Below are positions 24,641 to 37,271 of a DNA stretch of 64,000 bases, piece after piece. This stretch comes from Mobula hypostoma. Lineage: Eukaryota. Where the stretch lies: NCBI RefSeq assembly GCF_963921235.1, contig NC_086097.1:252776001-252840000 (forward strand). Direction: 5' to 3'. Position numbers and translations under genes: made by a program. The first letter of the stretch is position 1. The number at the start of each line of letters is the position of its first letter. Under the pieces are notes generated by a model, which saw only the letters and a list, made by a program, of their open reading frames with translations, made no database searches and had not been told where the DNA came from.

Positions 24641-24650
24641 TCACACACAC
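24592..24650. repeat. (TG)n(TA)n microsatellite
   Basis: Directly visible. Confidence 0.95.
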
Positions 24651-25064
24651 ATATTTAACAAGTTAAATTAAGTATGTAGTGCAAAAAGATAAAAAAAATA
24701 GTGAGGTAGTGTTCATGGGTTCAATGTCCCTTCACCAACAAAAAACTGGGAAACCTGAGCAGCAGACACAAAATGCTGAAGAGTTTCGGCCTGAAACGTC
24801 AACTATACTCTTTTCCTAGATGCTGTCTGGCCTGCTGAGTTCCTCCAGTATTTTGTTGTGTTGCTCAACGTCCATTCAGAAATCTGATGGTGGAGGTATC
24901 AACTCCCTATCCAACTACTTCTCAAAGTTGTACCTAAATATAAATGTCAAGAAAACAATAACTTCCCTATTTCATCTGTTCTACTGACTAACCGAACTTA
25001 AACTTAATCTAAAACCGAAATAAATAACAACTACCAAATGATCCACACCCAAAGTACTTAGGAA

Positions 25065-26262
25065 TCATAAGACCATAAGACTATAAGATATAGGAGTAGA
25101 AGTAGGCCATTCAATATTTAAGAGCCTCTTGGACAGGTACAAAGAAAAATAGAGGGTTACGGGGAAGTGTGGGTTTAGTACTTTTTTAAAAGAAATATAT
25201 GGGTCGGCACAACATCGAGGGCCGAAGGGCCTGTACTGTGCTGTAGTATTCTAGTGTCTAGTGTCTAGTGTCCAGAGTCTGCTCTGCAATTCAGTCATGG
25301 GCTGATCCAATTCTCCCAGTCATCCCCACTCTCCTGCCTTCACCCCATACCCTTTGATGCCCTGGCTAATCAAGAACCTATCCATCTCTGCCTTAATTAT
25401 ACCCAATGACTTGGCCTCCACAGCCACTCGTGGCAACAAATTCCACAGCTTTACCACCCTCTGACTAGAGAAATTTCTCTGCATCTTTGTACTAAATAGA
25501 CATCCTCCAATCCTGAAGTCATGCCCTCTTGTCCTAGAATCCCCTACCATGGGAAATAACTTTGCCTTATCTTATCTGTTCAGGCCTTTTGACATTCGGA
25601 ATGTTTCTGTGAGATTCCCCTCTCATTCTTCTTAACTCCAGGGAATACAGCCCAAGAGCTGCCAGACATTCCTCATACAGTAACCCTTTCATTCCTGGAA
25701 TCATTCTCGTGAATCTTCTCTGAACCCTCTCCAACGTCAGTGTATCCTTTCTAAAATAAGAAGCCCAGAACTGCACACAATACTCCAAGTGTGATCTCAC
25801 GAATGACTTATAGAGTCTCAATAGAGTCTCAACATCACATCCCTGCTCTTATATTCTATTCCTCTAGAAATGAATGCCAACATTGCATTTGCCTTCTTCA
25901 CAACCAACACAACCTTTAGGGTATCCTGCACAAGGACTCCCAAGTCCCTTTGCATCTCTGAATTTTGAATTCCCTCCCCATCTAAATAACAGTCTGCCTC
26001 TTTATTTCTTCCACCAAAGTGCATGACCATACACTTTCCAACATTGTATTTCATTTGCCACTTCTTTGCCCATTCCCCTAAACTATCTAAGTCTCTCTGT
26101 TTCCTCAACTACCCGCTCCTCCACCTATCTTTGTAACATTGGCAAATTTAGCCACAAATCCATTGATACCGTAGTCCAAATCATTGACATACATTGTAAA
26201 AAACAGCAGTCCCAACACCGACCCCTGTGGAAATCCATTGGTAACCGGCAGCCAGCCAGAAT
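25065..26262 (-). mobile_element. Decayed CR1 LINE RT and 3' part
   Basis: ORFs 25320-25550, 25567-25821, 25818-26108 and 26105-26347 carry CR1 RT motifs; a small plus-strand CR1 tail is nested at about 25110-25270. Confidence 0.9.
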
Positions 26263-27227
26263 CGCAAACACGAGGAAATCTGCAGATGCTGGAATTACAA
26301 GCAACGCACATCAAAGTTGCTGGTGAACGCAGCAGGCCAGGCAGCATCTCTAGGAAGAGGTACAGTCGACGTTTCGGGCTGAGACCCTTCGTCAGGACTA
26401 ACTGAAAGAAGAGCTAGTAAGAGATTTGAAAGTGGGAGGGGGAGGGGGAGATCCAAAATGATAGGAGAAGACAGGAGGGGGAGGGATGGAGCCAAGAGCT
26501 GGACAGGTGATTGGCAAAAGGGATATGAGAGGATCATGGGACAGGAGGCCTTGGGAGAAAGAAAAGGGGGAGGGGGGGAAAAGCCCAGAGGATGGGGAAG
26601 GGGTATAGTCAGAGGGACAGAGGGAGAAAAAGGAGAGAGAGAGAAAGAATGTGTGTATATAAATAAATAACGGATGGGGTACGAGGGGGAGGTGGGGCAT
26701 TAGCGGAAGTTTGAGAAGTCAATGTTCATGCCATCAGGTTGAGGAGGCTACCCAGACAGAATATAAGGTGTTGTTCCTCCAACCTGAGTGTGGCTTCATC
26801 TTTACAGTAGAGGAGGCCGTGGATAAACATGTCAGAATGGGAATGGGACGTGGAATTAAAATGTGTGGCCACTGGGAGATCCTGCTTTCTCTGGCGGACA
26901 GAGCGTAGGTGTTCAGCGAAACGGTCTCCCAGTCTGCGTCGGGTCTCGCCAATATATAGAACGTCACATCGGGAGCACCGGACACAGTATATCACCCCAG
27001 CTGACTCACAGGTGAAGTGTCGCCTCACCTGGAAGGACTGTCTGGGGCCCTGAATGGTGGTAAGGGAGGAAGTGTAAGGGCATGTGTAGCACTTGTTCTG
27101 CTTACAAGGATAAGTGTCTGGAGGGAGATCGGTGGGAAGGGATGGGGGGGATGAATGGACAAGGGAGTCGCGTAGGGAGTGATCCCTGTGGAAAGCGGGG
27201 GGTGGGGAGGGAAAGATGTGCTTACTA
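26263..27227 (-). mobile_element. 5'-truncated Penelope-like element with GIY-YIG endonuclease remnant
   Basis: ORF 26726-27373: FTCESAGVIYCVRCSRCDVLYIGETRRRLGDRFAEH...PVATHFN...RLEEQHLIF; downstream pyrimidine tract and hammerhead motif. Confidence 0.92.
26363..26400 (-). ncRNA. Minimal type I hammerhead ribozyme motif (intact core)
   Basis: Minus strand UAGUC-CUGACGA-A-GGG-ucucag-CCC-GAAAC-GUC-GACUG: stem I AGUC/GACU, stem II GGG/CCC, palindromic ACGU in place of stem III, GUC cleavage triplet. Confidence 0.8.
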
Positions 27228-28090
27228 TTGCCATTGCCATTTCTTAACTCAACCCATAGAGACTCTACACCTTCCAATCCTATGTCATCTCTTTCTAATG
27301 ATTTAATATTATTTCTTATACACAGAACCACACCACTCCCTCTGCCTACTAACCTATCTTTCTGATACACCATTTATCCTTGGACATTCAGCTCCTAATG
27401 GTCAGCCATCTTTTAGTCAAGTTTCAGAGATGGCCACAACGTCATACTTGCCAACCTGTAGCTGAATTTCAAGATCGTCCATTTTATTCCTTATGCTGCG
27501 TGCATTAAAATATAACACTTTCAGTCCAGTATTTGTAGCTTTCTGTTTTAACAGCACCACACCTCTATTGCCTATAACTCATGCCACTGGCTGTGATTAA
27601 GTCTCACCTCATACCTGTTCTTTCTATAATCTGAATTGCGTGCTATCTTTGATTTATTACTGTTTTCCCCTTCCTCGACCCCATCATTCTGGTTCCTATC
27701 CCCCTGCCAAATTAGTTTAAACCCTCCCTAACAGCTCTATTAAATGTGCCCGCTAGGTTATTGGACCCCTTTGGATTCAGGTGTAACCTGTCCTTTTTGT
27801 ACAGGTCATACCTCCCCCAGAACAGGCCTCATTGATCCAAGAATCTGAAGCCCTGCCCCCTACACCAGTCTCTCAGCCAAGTGTTAATATGCTTGATCGT
27901 GCTATTCTTGCACTCACTAGCACCTGGCACGGGCAGCAATCCTGAGATTACTACCCTGGAGGTCCTGCTTTTCAGCTTCCTACCCAACTCCCTGAATTCT
28001 CTCTTCAGGACCACCTCCCTTTACTACCTATGTCATTTGGTACCAATGTGTATCAAGACTTCTGGCTGTTAATTCTTTCCCTTCAGAATA
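27228..28090 (-). mobile_element. CR1 ORF1 esterase and APE endonuclease remnant
   Basis: ORF 27829-28014 (SRVVISGLLPVP...GFRFLD); DRLVGRGSGVVLCIRN...VESLWVELRN. Confidence 0.85.
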
Positions 28091-28091
28091 C

Positions 28092-29778
28092 CATATAACC
28101 ATAAAACAATTATAGCACAGAAACAGGCCATCTCAGCTCTTCTAGTCCATGCCGAATGCTTACTCTCACCTAGTCCCACTGACCTGCACTCAGCCCATAA
28201 CCCTCCATTCCCTTCCTGTCCATATATCTATCCAATTTTACTTTAAATGACAACATCGAACCTGCCTCAACCACTTCTGCTGGAAGCTTGTTCCACACAG
28301 TTACCACTCTCTGAGTAAAGAAGTTCCCCCTCATGTTACCCCTAAACTTTTGACCCCTAACTCTCAACTCATGTCCTCTTGTTTGAATCTCCCCTGCTCT
28401 CAATGGAAAAAGCCTATCCACATCAACTCTATCAATCCACCTCGTAATTTGAAATACCTCTATCAAGTCCCCCCTCAACCTTCTACGCTCCAAAGAATAA
28501 AGACCCAACTTGTTCAACCTTTCTCTGTAACTTAGGAGATGAAACCCAGGTAACATTCTCGTAAATCTTCTCTGTACTCTCGCTATTTTGTTGACATCTT
28601 TCCTATAATTTGGTGACCAGAACTGTACATAATACCCCAAATTTGGCCTTACCAATGCCTTGTACAACTTCAACATTACATCCCAACTCTTATACTCAAT
28701 GCTCTGATTAATAAAGGCCAACATACCAAAAGCTTTCTTCACCACCCTATCCACATGAGATCCCACCTTCAGGGAACTATGCACCATTATTCCTAGATCC
28801 CTCTGTTCTATTGTATTCTTCAGTGCCCTACCATTTACCATGTATGTCCTATTTTGATAAGTCCTACCAAAATGTAGCACCTCACATTTATCAGCATTAA
28901 ACTCTATCTGCCATCTTTCAGCCCAACCTTCTAACTGGCCTAAATCTCTCCACAATTTTGAAAACCTTCTTCGCTCTCCACAACACCACCTATCTTAGTA
29001 TCATCTGCATACTTACTAATCCAATTTTACACCCCATCATCCAGATCATTAATGTATATGACAAACAATATTGGACCCAGTACAGATCCCTGAGGCACAC
29101 CACTAATCACCGGCCTCCAACCTGACAGACAGTTATCCACCACCACTCTTTGGCGTCTCCCATCCAGCCACTGTTGAATCCATTTTACTACTTCAATATT
29201 AATACCTAACGATTGAACCGTCCTAACTAACCTTCCGTGTGGAACCTTGTCCAAGGCCTTACTGAAGTCCATATAGACAACATCCACTGCTTTACCCTTG
29301 TCAACTTTCCTAGTAACCTCTTCAAAAAATTCAATAAGATTTGTCAAACATGACCTTCCATGCACAAATCCATGTTGACTGTTCCTGATCAGACCCTGTC
29401 TGTCCAGGTAATTATATATACCATCTCTAAGAATACATTCCATCAATTTACCCACCACTGATGTCAAACTTACAGGCCGATAATTGCTAGGTTTATTCTT
29501 AGAACCCTTTTTAAACAATGGAACAACATGAGCAATGCCCAATCCTCTGGCACCATCCCCGTTTCCAATGACATTTGAAATATTTCTGTCAGAGCCCCTG
29601 CTATTTCTACACTATCTTCCCTCAAGGTCCTAGGGAATACCCTGTCAGGACCCAGAGACTTATCCACTTTTATATTCCTTAAAAGTGCCAGTACTTCTTC
29701 TTCTTTAATCATCATAGTTTCCATAACTTCCCTACCTGTTTCCCTTACCTTACATAATTTAATATCCTTCTCCTTACT
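28092..29778 (-). mobile_element. CR1 LINE RT region (few disablements)
   Basis: ORFs 29027-29542 and 28170-28955 cover [23 protein letters not shown] and the C-terminus. Confidence 0.95.
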
Positions 29779-30350
29779 CTGTATCTGATCTGAGACATCC
29801 TGTACCCTGGCATCTGGGAGGCAACACATCATGTAGGTACCTCTATCAGGCTGAAAGTACCTCCAGCCTGTTCGTCTCACTATGAAATCCTCTATGACTA
29901 CCACATTTCTCATCTTCTTCTCTCCCTTCTTCACCACGGAACCAGGCTCAGTGACAGAGACCCGATCGCCATGGTTGTCCTCTGTCAGGTCAACCCCCTC
30001 AACAGCATCCAAAGCGAGATAATGATTACTGAGCGGGATGGCCATAGGGGTGTTCTCTACTATCTGAACTCTACCCATCCCTTCCCTGACAGTCACCCAC
30101 TTATCTAACTCCTGCAGCCTCGGGGTGACTAACTCCCTGTATCTCCTCTCTATTTCCCACTCACTTTCCTTAATAAGCTGTAGGTCATCGAACCACAGCT
30201 CCAGATCCCTAACACTGTCTCTCAGGAGCTGCATCTCCATGCACCTGGCACAGATGTGGCCATCTGGGAGACTGGAAGATTCCTAGGATTCTCACATCCG
30301 AAACCCAGAGAAAAATACTAACCCTACTGACATGCTCGCTATTCCTCAAA
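29779..30350 (-). mobile_element. CR1 ORF1 N-terminal remnant (continuation of the element at 27228-28090)
   Basis: LLRDSVRDLELWFDDL...TPMAIPLSNHYLALD...CCLPDARVQD in ORF 29470-30240. Confidence 0.8.
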
Positions 30351-30599
30351 AAAAATGCAAAGAAAAACCAAAACCGAAGTCCACCTACCCACTTACCTCG
30401 CTGAAGCCCACGTTCGCCGGAGCCTGAATGAGCCAAAGGCTGTTGCTCCTACTCTTGCCACTGGCCTGACAATGACCACTCCGCTTATCCCTTTGGTACT
30501 TTTATTTAGTTCATCGAGCTCAGTTGCCGCTGCCAATAGACTCCACACAATGGACTAACGCCCGCGGAGCTCTTGTTTCAATAACCTCCTCTGACCTGT

Positions 30600-31365
30600 A
30601 AGAATCACACTGGATCGAACTCTCTCAAACAAATCCACCTTCAAAATGTTGCAAGGAAATTAGAATCCAGAGAGGCCCTGATCAGAAGATAGCAGGAATC
30701 AAATGGGTGCTCACCAGGCAGTCTTACGAACATCAAGCCTAGCACTATGTTTCTTAGTTGCCGATTACTGTGCACCCAACTGGGAGAGAAGTGCTTATAC
30801 AAATCAGTACACAGCTCCATACTTCAATGAGAATAATTTCAGGAGCCCTAAGATCCACCCCTGTCCAATGGCTCCCAACAATGAGCGGAATGGCACCCCC
30901 AGAGATTCGTAGAAAAGCAGCTTCAGCAAAATTCTACAAGTGTATCGAAAATATGCCCAACAATGTTCCAGTTCGTAAACTCATCGAAAATGCTTCTCCA
31001 ACTTCCCGACTCAAATCCTGAAAACTTATTCTACAACTACTCACCAACACATCTCTGACAGAGATCAGATCGACAACCCCATGTTGCTCCTCCCAGGCTT
31101 TACTACAGCTACCAGAAAGAACTGGACAGCCACAATTAGACCCAGAAGTCAACATGCCAAAACATCACAAACACTACACCGACGGGGCAGCCAACAAACT
31201 CAGTTTGCTCCTGTGGTGCCCCAACCAGGATGTCCTCCACCTCGTCCAAACATGCCCTCTCACCAAGATCTGAGACGGCTTTGCCACAGTCCAATGGCTG
31301 GAAGAGTGGCTTGACAAAAACCAATTAAAAGTGTGAAGGGAATAAGTCCTGCCATACGAAACAAC
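30600..31365 (+). mobile_element. Vingi/Ingi-like (I-group) LINE 3' fragment
   Basis: ITLDRTLS...; LRTSSLALCFLVADYCAPNWERSAYT; MRIISGALRSTPVQWLPTMSGMAPPEIRR. Confidence 0.7.
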
Positions 31366-31369
31366 CACA

Positions 31370-31800
31370 GCGACTCCTGGAAGATGTCCTGGATGCTGGG
31401 GAGGCTAGTGCCCATGATGGAGCTGATTTTCTGCAGCTTATTTCAACCCCGCGTAGTGGCTTCCCCGTACCAGATGGTGATGCAGCCAGTTAGGATGCTC
31501 GCCACAGTACATCCGTAGAAATTGGGAGCGTCTTTGGTGACGTACCGAATCACCTCATGCTTATAGCTGCTGTTGTGCCTTTCTTGTAACTGCTTTGTAA
31601 TATCTTGGGCCCAGGATAGATCCTCAGAGATGCTGACACCAGGAACTTGAAACTGTTCACTCTTTCCACTTCTTATCCCTTGATGAGGGCTGGTGTCTGT
31701 GCCCTCATCTTTGGCTTTCTGAACTCCACAATCAATTCTTCAGTCTTAATGACATTGACTGTAAGGTTGCTACTGCGACTCCACTTAACCGGCTGACCTA
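31370..31800 (-). mobile_element. Rex1/Babar RT fragment
   Basis: WSRSSNLTVNVIKTEELIVEFRK...ALIK at the end of ORF 31673-32182. Confidence 0.7.
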
Positions 31801-31859
31801 TTATCTTGGAGATGACAAAAAAGTGATTAATTAATTTATTTATAGATAGAGCTCTAAAT

Positions 31860-32050
31860 TCCTCCTTGTACCTACTTCTAAGCACCTTAAAATCATGCCC
31901 TCTCATGTTAGCCATTTCAGCCCTGGGATAAAGCTTCTGGCTACCCACATGATCAATGCCTCTCATCATCTTATACACCTCCATCAGGTCACCTCTCATC
32001 CTCCGTCGCTCCAAGGAGAAAAGGCCAAGTTCACTCAACCTATTCTTGAG
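31860..32050 (-). mobile_element. CR1 fragment
   Basis: NRLSELGLFSLERRRMRGDLMEVYKMMRG. Confidence 0.85.
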
Positions 32051-32054
32051 CGTG

Positions 32055-33245
32055 GAACCATAGAACCATAGAACCATAGAAACTACAGCACAGAAACAGG
32101 CCTGTTGGCCCTTCTTGGCTGTGCCGAACCATTTTCTGCCTAGTCCCACTGACCTGCACATGGACCATATCCCTCCATACACCTCCCATCCATGTATCTG
32201 TCCAATTTATTCTTAAATGTTAAAAAAGAACCCGCATTTACCACCTCGTCTGGCAGCTCATTCCATACTCCCACCACTCTCTGTGTGAAGAAGCCCCCCT
32301 TAATGTTCCCTTTAAACTTTTCCCCCCTCACCCTTAACCCACGTCCTCTGTTTTTTTTCTCCCCTTGCCTCAGTGGACCTTCTCTGCACTCTTTCAACCT
32401 TATTTATATCCTTCCTGTAATCTGGTGACCAAAACTGAACAAAATACTCCAGATTCGGCCTCACTAATGCCTTATACAACCTCATCATAACATTCCAGCT
32501 CTTATACTCAATACTTTGATTAATAAAGGCCAATGTACCAAAAGCTCTCTTTACGACCCTATCTACCTGTGTCGACACTTTTAGGGAATTTTGTATCTGT
32601 ATTTCCAGATCCCTCTGTTCCACTGCACTCCTCAGCGCCTTACCATTAACCCTGTATGTTCTACCTTGGTTTGTCTTTCCAACATGCAATACCTCACACT
32701 TGTCTGTATCAAACTCCATCTGCCATTTTTCAGCCCATTTTTCCAGCTGGTCCAAGTCCCTCTGCAGGCTCTGAAAACCTTCCTCACTGTCTTCTACACC
32801 TCCAATCTTTGTATCATCAGCAAATTTGCTGATCCAATTTACCACATTATCATCCAGATCATTGATATAGATGACAAATAACAATGGACCCAGCACTGAT
32901 CCCTGTGGCACACCACCAGTCACAGGCCTCCACTCAGAGAAGCAATTCTGTACTACCACTCTTTGGCTCCTTCCATTGAGCCAATGTCTAATCCAATTTA
33001 CCACCTCTCCATGTATACCTAGCGACTTAATTTTCCTAACTAACCTCCCATGCGGGACCTTGTCAAAGGCCTTACTGAAGTCCATGTAGACAATATCCAC
33101 TGCCTTCCCTTCATCCACTTTCCTGGTAACCTCCTCGAAAAACTCCAATAGATTGGTCAAACATGACCTACCACGCACAAAGCCATGTTGACTCTCCCTA
33201 ATAAGTTCCTGTCTATCCAAATGCTTGTAGGTTCTGTCTCTTAGT
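32055..33245 (-). mobile_element. CR1 RT region with an internal deletion near 32375
   Basis: ORF 32312-33322 has [14 protein letters not shown] and KFADD; the segment between VQRR and the terminal TRG motif is missing; (accatag)n tail. Confidence 0.93.
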
Positions 33246-33249
33246 ACAG

Positions 33250-33478
33250 GTAGTTCCAGCCTAACGAGCCGCACCATCCAACATCCCACCTGTCTAATCA
33301 CAGGACAATTTACAATGACCAATTAACTGGCACATCTTTGGACTGTGGGAGGAAACTGGAGCACCTGGGGGAAACCCAATCAGTCATGGGGTGAAGAGTG
33401 TTGGAATTGCACTCCAAACTCTAACGCCCCGAACTGCACTAGAGTAACGCGAACTGCTACACTACCATGGCGCCCCAA
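33250..33478 (-). mobile_element. V-SINE-like element
   Basis: ctttggactgtgggaggaaactggagcac...gctacactaccatggcgcccc (reversed tRNA-like head). Confidence 0.7.
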
Positions 33479-34296
33479 ATTGGAGATGGATTCCTGCCTC
33501 ACATGGATAGATTAGAGTCATGACCCTTTATGACTGTGTTCACTACTGACGCAAAAGCCTTTCCTGCTGATTTGCTCATTTTAAAGAATGCAAATGAACA
33601 GATGAAGATCAATCAGTTTTGCAGTTAATCAATATTTAGCAAAGCCTTTCAGAACTATCGATAATTGTGTAAACTATTCCACATGAATGGTGCAGGTGAA
33701 GGCAGACGGCAACTTACTGGCAGTTCCCAAAACAAGGAATACAATTAAGTACTTTATCAATAACACTTTTTCTGTAAAATGTTATGGTAATCACCAAGAA
33801 CAATGAAGGGGCGAGGGAAGGCAAGACTCACTCGATGGTGAAAGCATATACATATTTCAATAATAAATGTACTTTGAACTTCGAACTCTGGAATGAACCA
33901 TGTACAATACTTCACTATTTTTGCTCACTTTTTGGCACGACTAATTTACTTTTATCAGATTCAAAAAGATCCAGAGCCACTGGTTTGTATTAGGGATAAA
34001 AATGATTCATATTGAAAGTTAACAAAAACCGCAGGCATGACCTCAAAATAACTAGCGATAAATTTATGTTGAAATTCTTTTAAATTTTTAAAATTCTTTT
34101 CAATTAATTTGAATTTAAATTCTTTCAAAATTGAAAGTTATTCCTTTTCAATTTGAGTAAAACCATTTCCACTCTGAAACAGTGAAACTTTCCTCTTCTA
34201 TCCACTTTTTGTGTGTGGTAGGAACCGTGAAGGAAAGAACATGATTTTCACCAAAAATCTACATATAACTTCATAATATAAAAATTATACATGGTT

Positions 34297-34675
34297 ATTG
34301 AGAGGAGATTTGACCAAAATAAACAAAATTATGAGGAGAGTAGTTAGGGTAAATGTAAACAGGCTTTTTCCACTGAGGTTGAGTGAGACTACAACTAGAG
34401 GTCATAGGTTAAGGGTGAAAGGTGAAATGTTTAAGGGGTACCTGAGGGTGAACTTCTTCACTCAGAGGGTGGTGACAGTGTGGAATGAGCTGCCAGTGGA
34501 AGTGGTGGATGTGGGTTTGATTTCAACTTTTAAAAGAAATTTGGATAGGTACATGGATGGAGAGGTGTGGAGGGGACAGGTTTGGGCGCAGGTTGGTGGG
34601 ACCAGGCAGAGTAACAGTTTGGCATAGACTATATGGGCTGAAAGGCCCATTTATGTGCTGTAGTGATCTATAACT
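34297..34675 (+). mobile_element. CR1 3' fragment
   Basis: ORF 34298-34627. Confidence 0.85.
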
Positions 34676-35501
34676 GTTAAATGAATAACTAGCGGTGACG
34701 CGGTCAGCTCATTGTCCCACATTGATTGACTTTTACATTCTTTTCTTTGCCCTATGGTACATGGATAGGAGCAATATTAACTAAATTATTTTGAAATTAC
34801 TTTTGAATGTGACACAAGAATATGTAAAACTAAACCAGTGCTTCACATTGTTTAAATCTGTTTAACTTAAAGTGACAGATTTGTAACCAGGAAAAGCCTT
34901 TTATTTAAGTTAATTTTGCTGATTAAATTTAAAAATAAATTTGTATCCATTGTAAGATATATTGTTATTAATATAACGGTATATAAAGAGCTTTGCTAGC
35001 AGCTAATCTGGAGATCGGAAGTCTTGAGAGGAGGGGACTTCAATCAGGTCCACTACAAAAGGCAGCAACAGGTCACTACAGCAAAAAGGAGCTTTGACCA
35101 GCAACCAGTCCGTGTTTGGGATTGATTAGCAATAGCAAATTAAAGACAGGCAGAGCAAATACAGAGGCGACAGAGTGGACAGAGTCCAAGTGGTGATCTT
35201 GAGGATTCAGCTCTTCGAGGTTTCTACGAAGAGAGGCTTCAGTCACAGAAGTCAAAGAAAAGCTCTAGGTTAAGTTTATTTATATCTGCTCAGCCAGGAC
35301 AGTGGAGTTGTCAGGCAGGATACTGGAATTCTCCTCTTGTGGGATATGGGAAGGCAGGGAGATCTCCAGTGTCCCCAATGACTACAACTGCGAGAAATGC
35401 ATCTAGCTGCAGCTTCTAACAATCTGCATTAAGGAGTTGGAGCTGGAACTGGATGAACTCCAGGTCATTTGGGAGGCTGAGGGGGTGATAGATAGCACAT
35501 A

Positions 35502-35993
35502 CCCAGATACCCAGTCTCTTCACCCTGCTCCAACAACGCCGTCTCCGTTGGCTGGGCCACGTGCTCCGCATGTCAGATGGGAGGATCCTGAAAGACCTGC
35601 TGTACAGAACTGGCCTCCGGCAAGAGAGCACAAGGGCGGCCCCATCTTCGTTTCAAAGACGTTTGCAAGAGAGACATGAAGTCACTGAAAATGAACGTCG
35701 AGAGGCAGTAGGACATCGCAAGCAGTCGCTCTCACTGGAGGCTGGGATTACGCAGAGGTCTAAAAAGAGGAGAAGAGAAGCTGAGGCTTGCTGCTGAAGA
35801 AAAGCGCACTCGTCGGAAAAACAGCACCAAGACAACACTGGAGGACAGCGCCTTCAAGTGCAGTCGCTGCAGCCGAGACTGTCACTCCCGTGTGGGCCTC
35901 TACAGCCACAACAGACGCTGCTCTAACACAGACTGAAGCAAGACCTTCCAGGCACAGATCCATGGTCTCGCGAGACTAACAGATGTCACCATC
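35502..35993 (+). mobile_element. RTE LINE 3' fragment
   Basis: LQQRRLRWLGHVLRMSDGRILKDLLY and terminal CxxC...H motif FKCSRCSRDCHSRVGLYSH; TSD agatagcacata / agatagcatata. Confidence 0.88.
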
Positions 35994-36016
35994 AGATAGC
36001 ATATATAGAGACGTAG

Positions 36017-36857
36017 TGTTACGTACCCCGTAACTGGGTTGCCAAACCAGCAGAAATGGATCACTCAGTTGGAGTCTGGAGTACTAGAACTAAGAAAGTT
36101 TTATTAAAGAAACAAGCAGCACATTAATCGAAAGGATAATAAATGCAACAATTCAACAATGATAACCACACGTGCACAGAATTAAGATAACAGCATCAAT
36201 CAAGCTCTATCGTTGTCTAGGGGTAAATGACCAATTTCAAAATGACTCAAAGTTCAGTTCGCAGTAATCGTTGCCATGGCGATGGACAAGGTGGGGGAAG
36301 AGAGACAGAGAACAGGAACAACTCATCATTCAGCACAGCTTCACTCACAGACCAGCGAGATGGCTCACGAGCAACTTTTGGGGCGGGTCCTTGGTGATGT
36401 CACCTGAGGTCACCGACTGTGACCCCTCCTCCAGATGCGGTCGATCCTCTGCAGTGAACCCGGCACCCAGGCAAGGGCGGACACACACCGGGTTCCCGCT
36501 GATCGTACCTTTCCACCCTTGTCGTTGTCTGGCACTTCTCACCCACTCGTGAGAGGCGCACCGCTTCCAGGGTCTCGTTACCTCGGGTGGCGTGTGTCTC
36601 TGTCTTAGCGAACCTGTCCCTTTTTATCCCCCTGCTGGGGTATCGCCTGTCCATCACTTCAAACAGTTCAGGGTTCAAAGGGGGGAGCCGCTCCAGACAG
36701 CTCTCCCTCCCACATCCCTTCATTACACATCTCCAGACGCTGCTCCATTGTTCCTTATCTCTCCTTCCCCTGAGGGCAGGTGGCAGACCAACTGCTGATG
36801 CCACTGATGCTAGCCCAGGCCAGCAAACATCTTAATTTTATGTGTATTCTCGTAACA
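36017..36857 (-). mobile_element. Solo LTR (Gypsy-like, 841 bp)
   Basis: TGTTACG...CGTAACA inverted termini; perfect 4-bp TSD GTAG; TATA-like gataaaaa and aataaa on the minus strand. Confidence 0.85.
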
Positions 36858-37271
36858 GTAGTTACACCCAAGGTGCAGGACACAGGTGACTAGGTAACAG
36901 TCAGGAAGGGGAAAGAGGTGAAGGAGTCAGTGCAGAGTATCCCTGTGGCCATCCCCCTCAACAACAGGTATATCACTTTGGATACAATGTGTATCCTTGG
37001 ACATCAAGCTCCCAGCTATTATCTCCTTTCAGCCATGATTCAGCAATGCCTACAACATTATAACTACCAATCTGCCAAAAGTTTCTTCAGATGTATAAAG
37101 TGTACATATTGGACCACTGAAAAATGATGCTGGAGAGGTAGTAATGGGGGACAATGAAATGGTGGACGAACTGAATAAGTATTTTGCATCAGTCTTCACT
37201 GCGGAAGACACTTGCAGTATGGTGGAAGTTCCAGGTGTCAAGGGTCATGAAATGTACCATTACTAGAGAGA

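Noticed and set aside
26726..27373. Novel APE plus GIY-YIG fusion nuclease
   Set aside because: Chance in-frame junction between a decayed CR1 APE fragment and an inserted truncated Penelope; frameshifted near the end and no credible start
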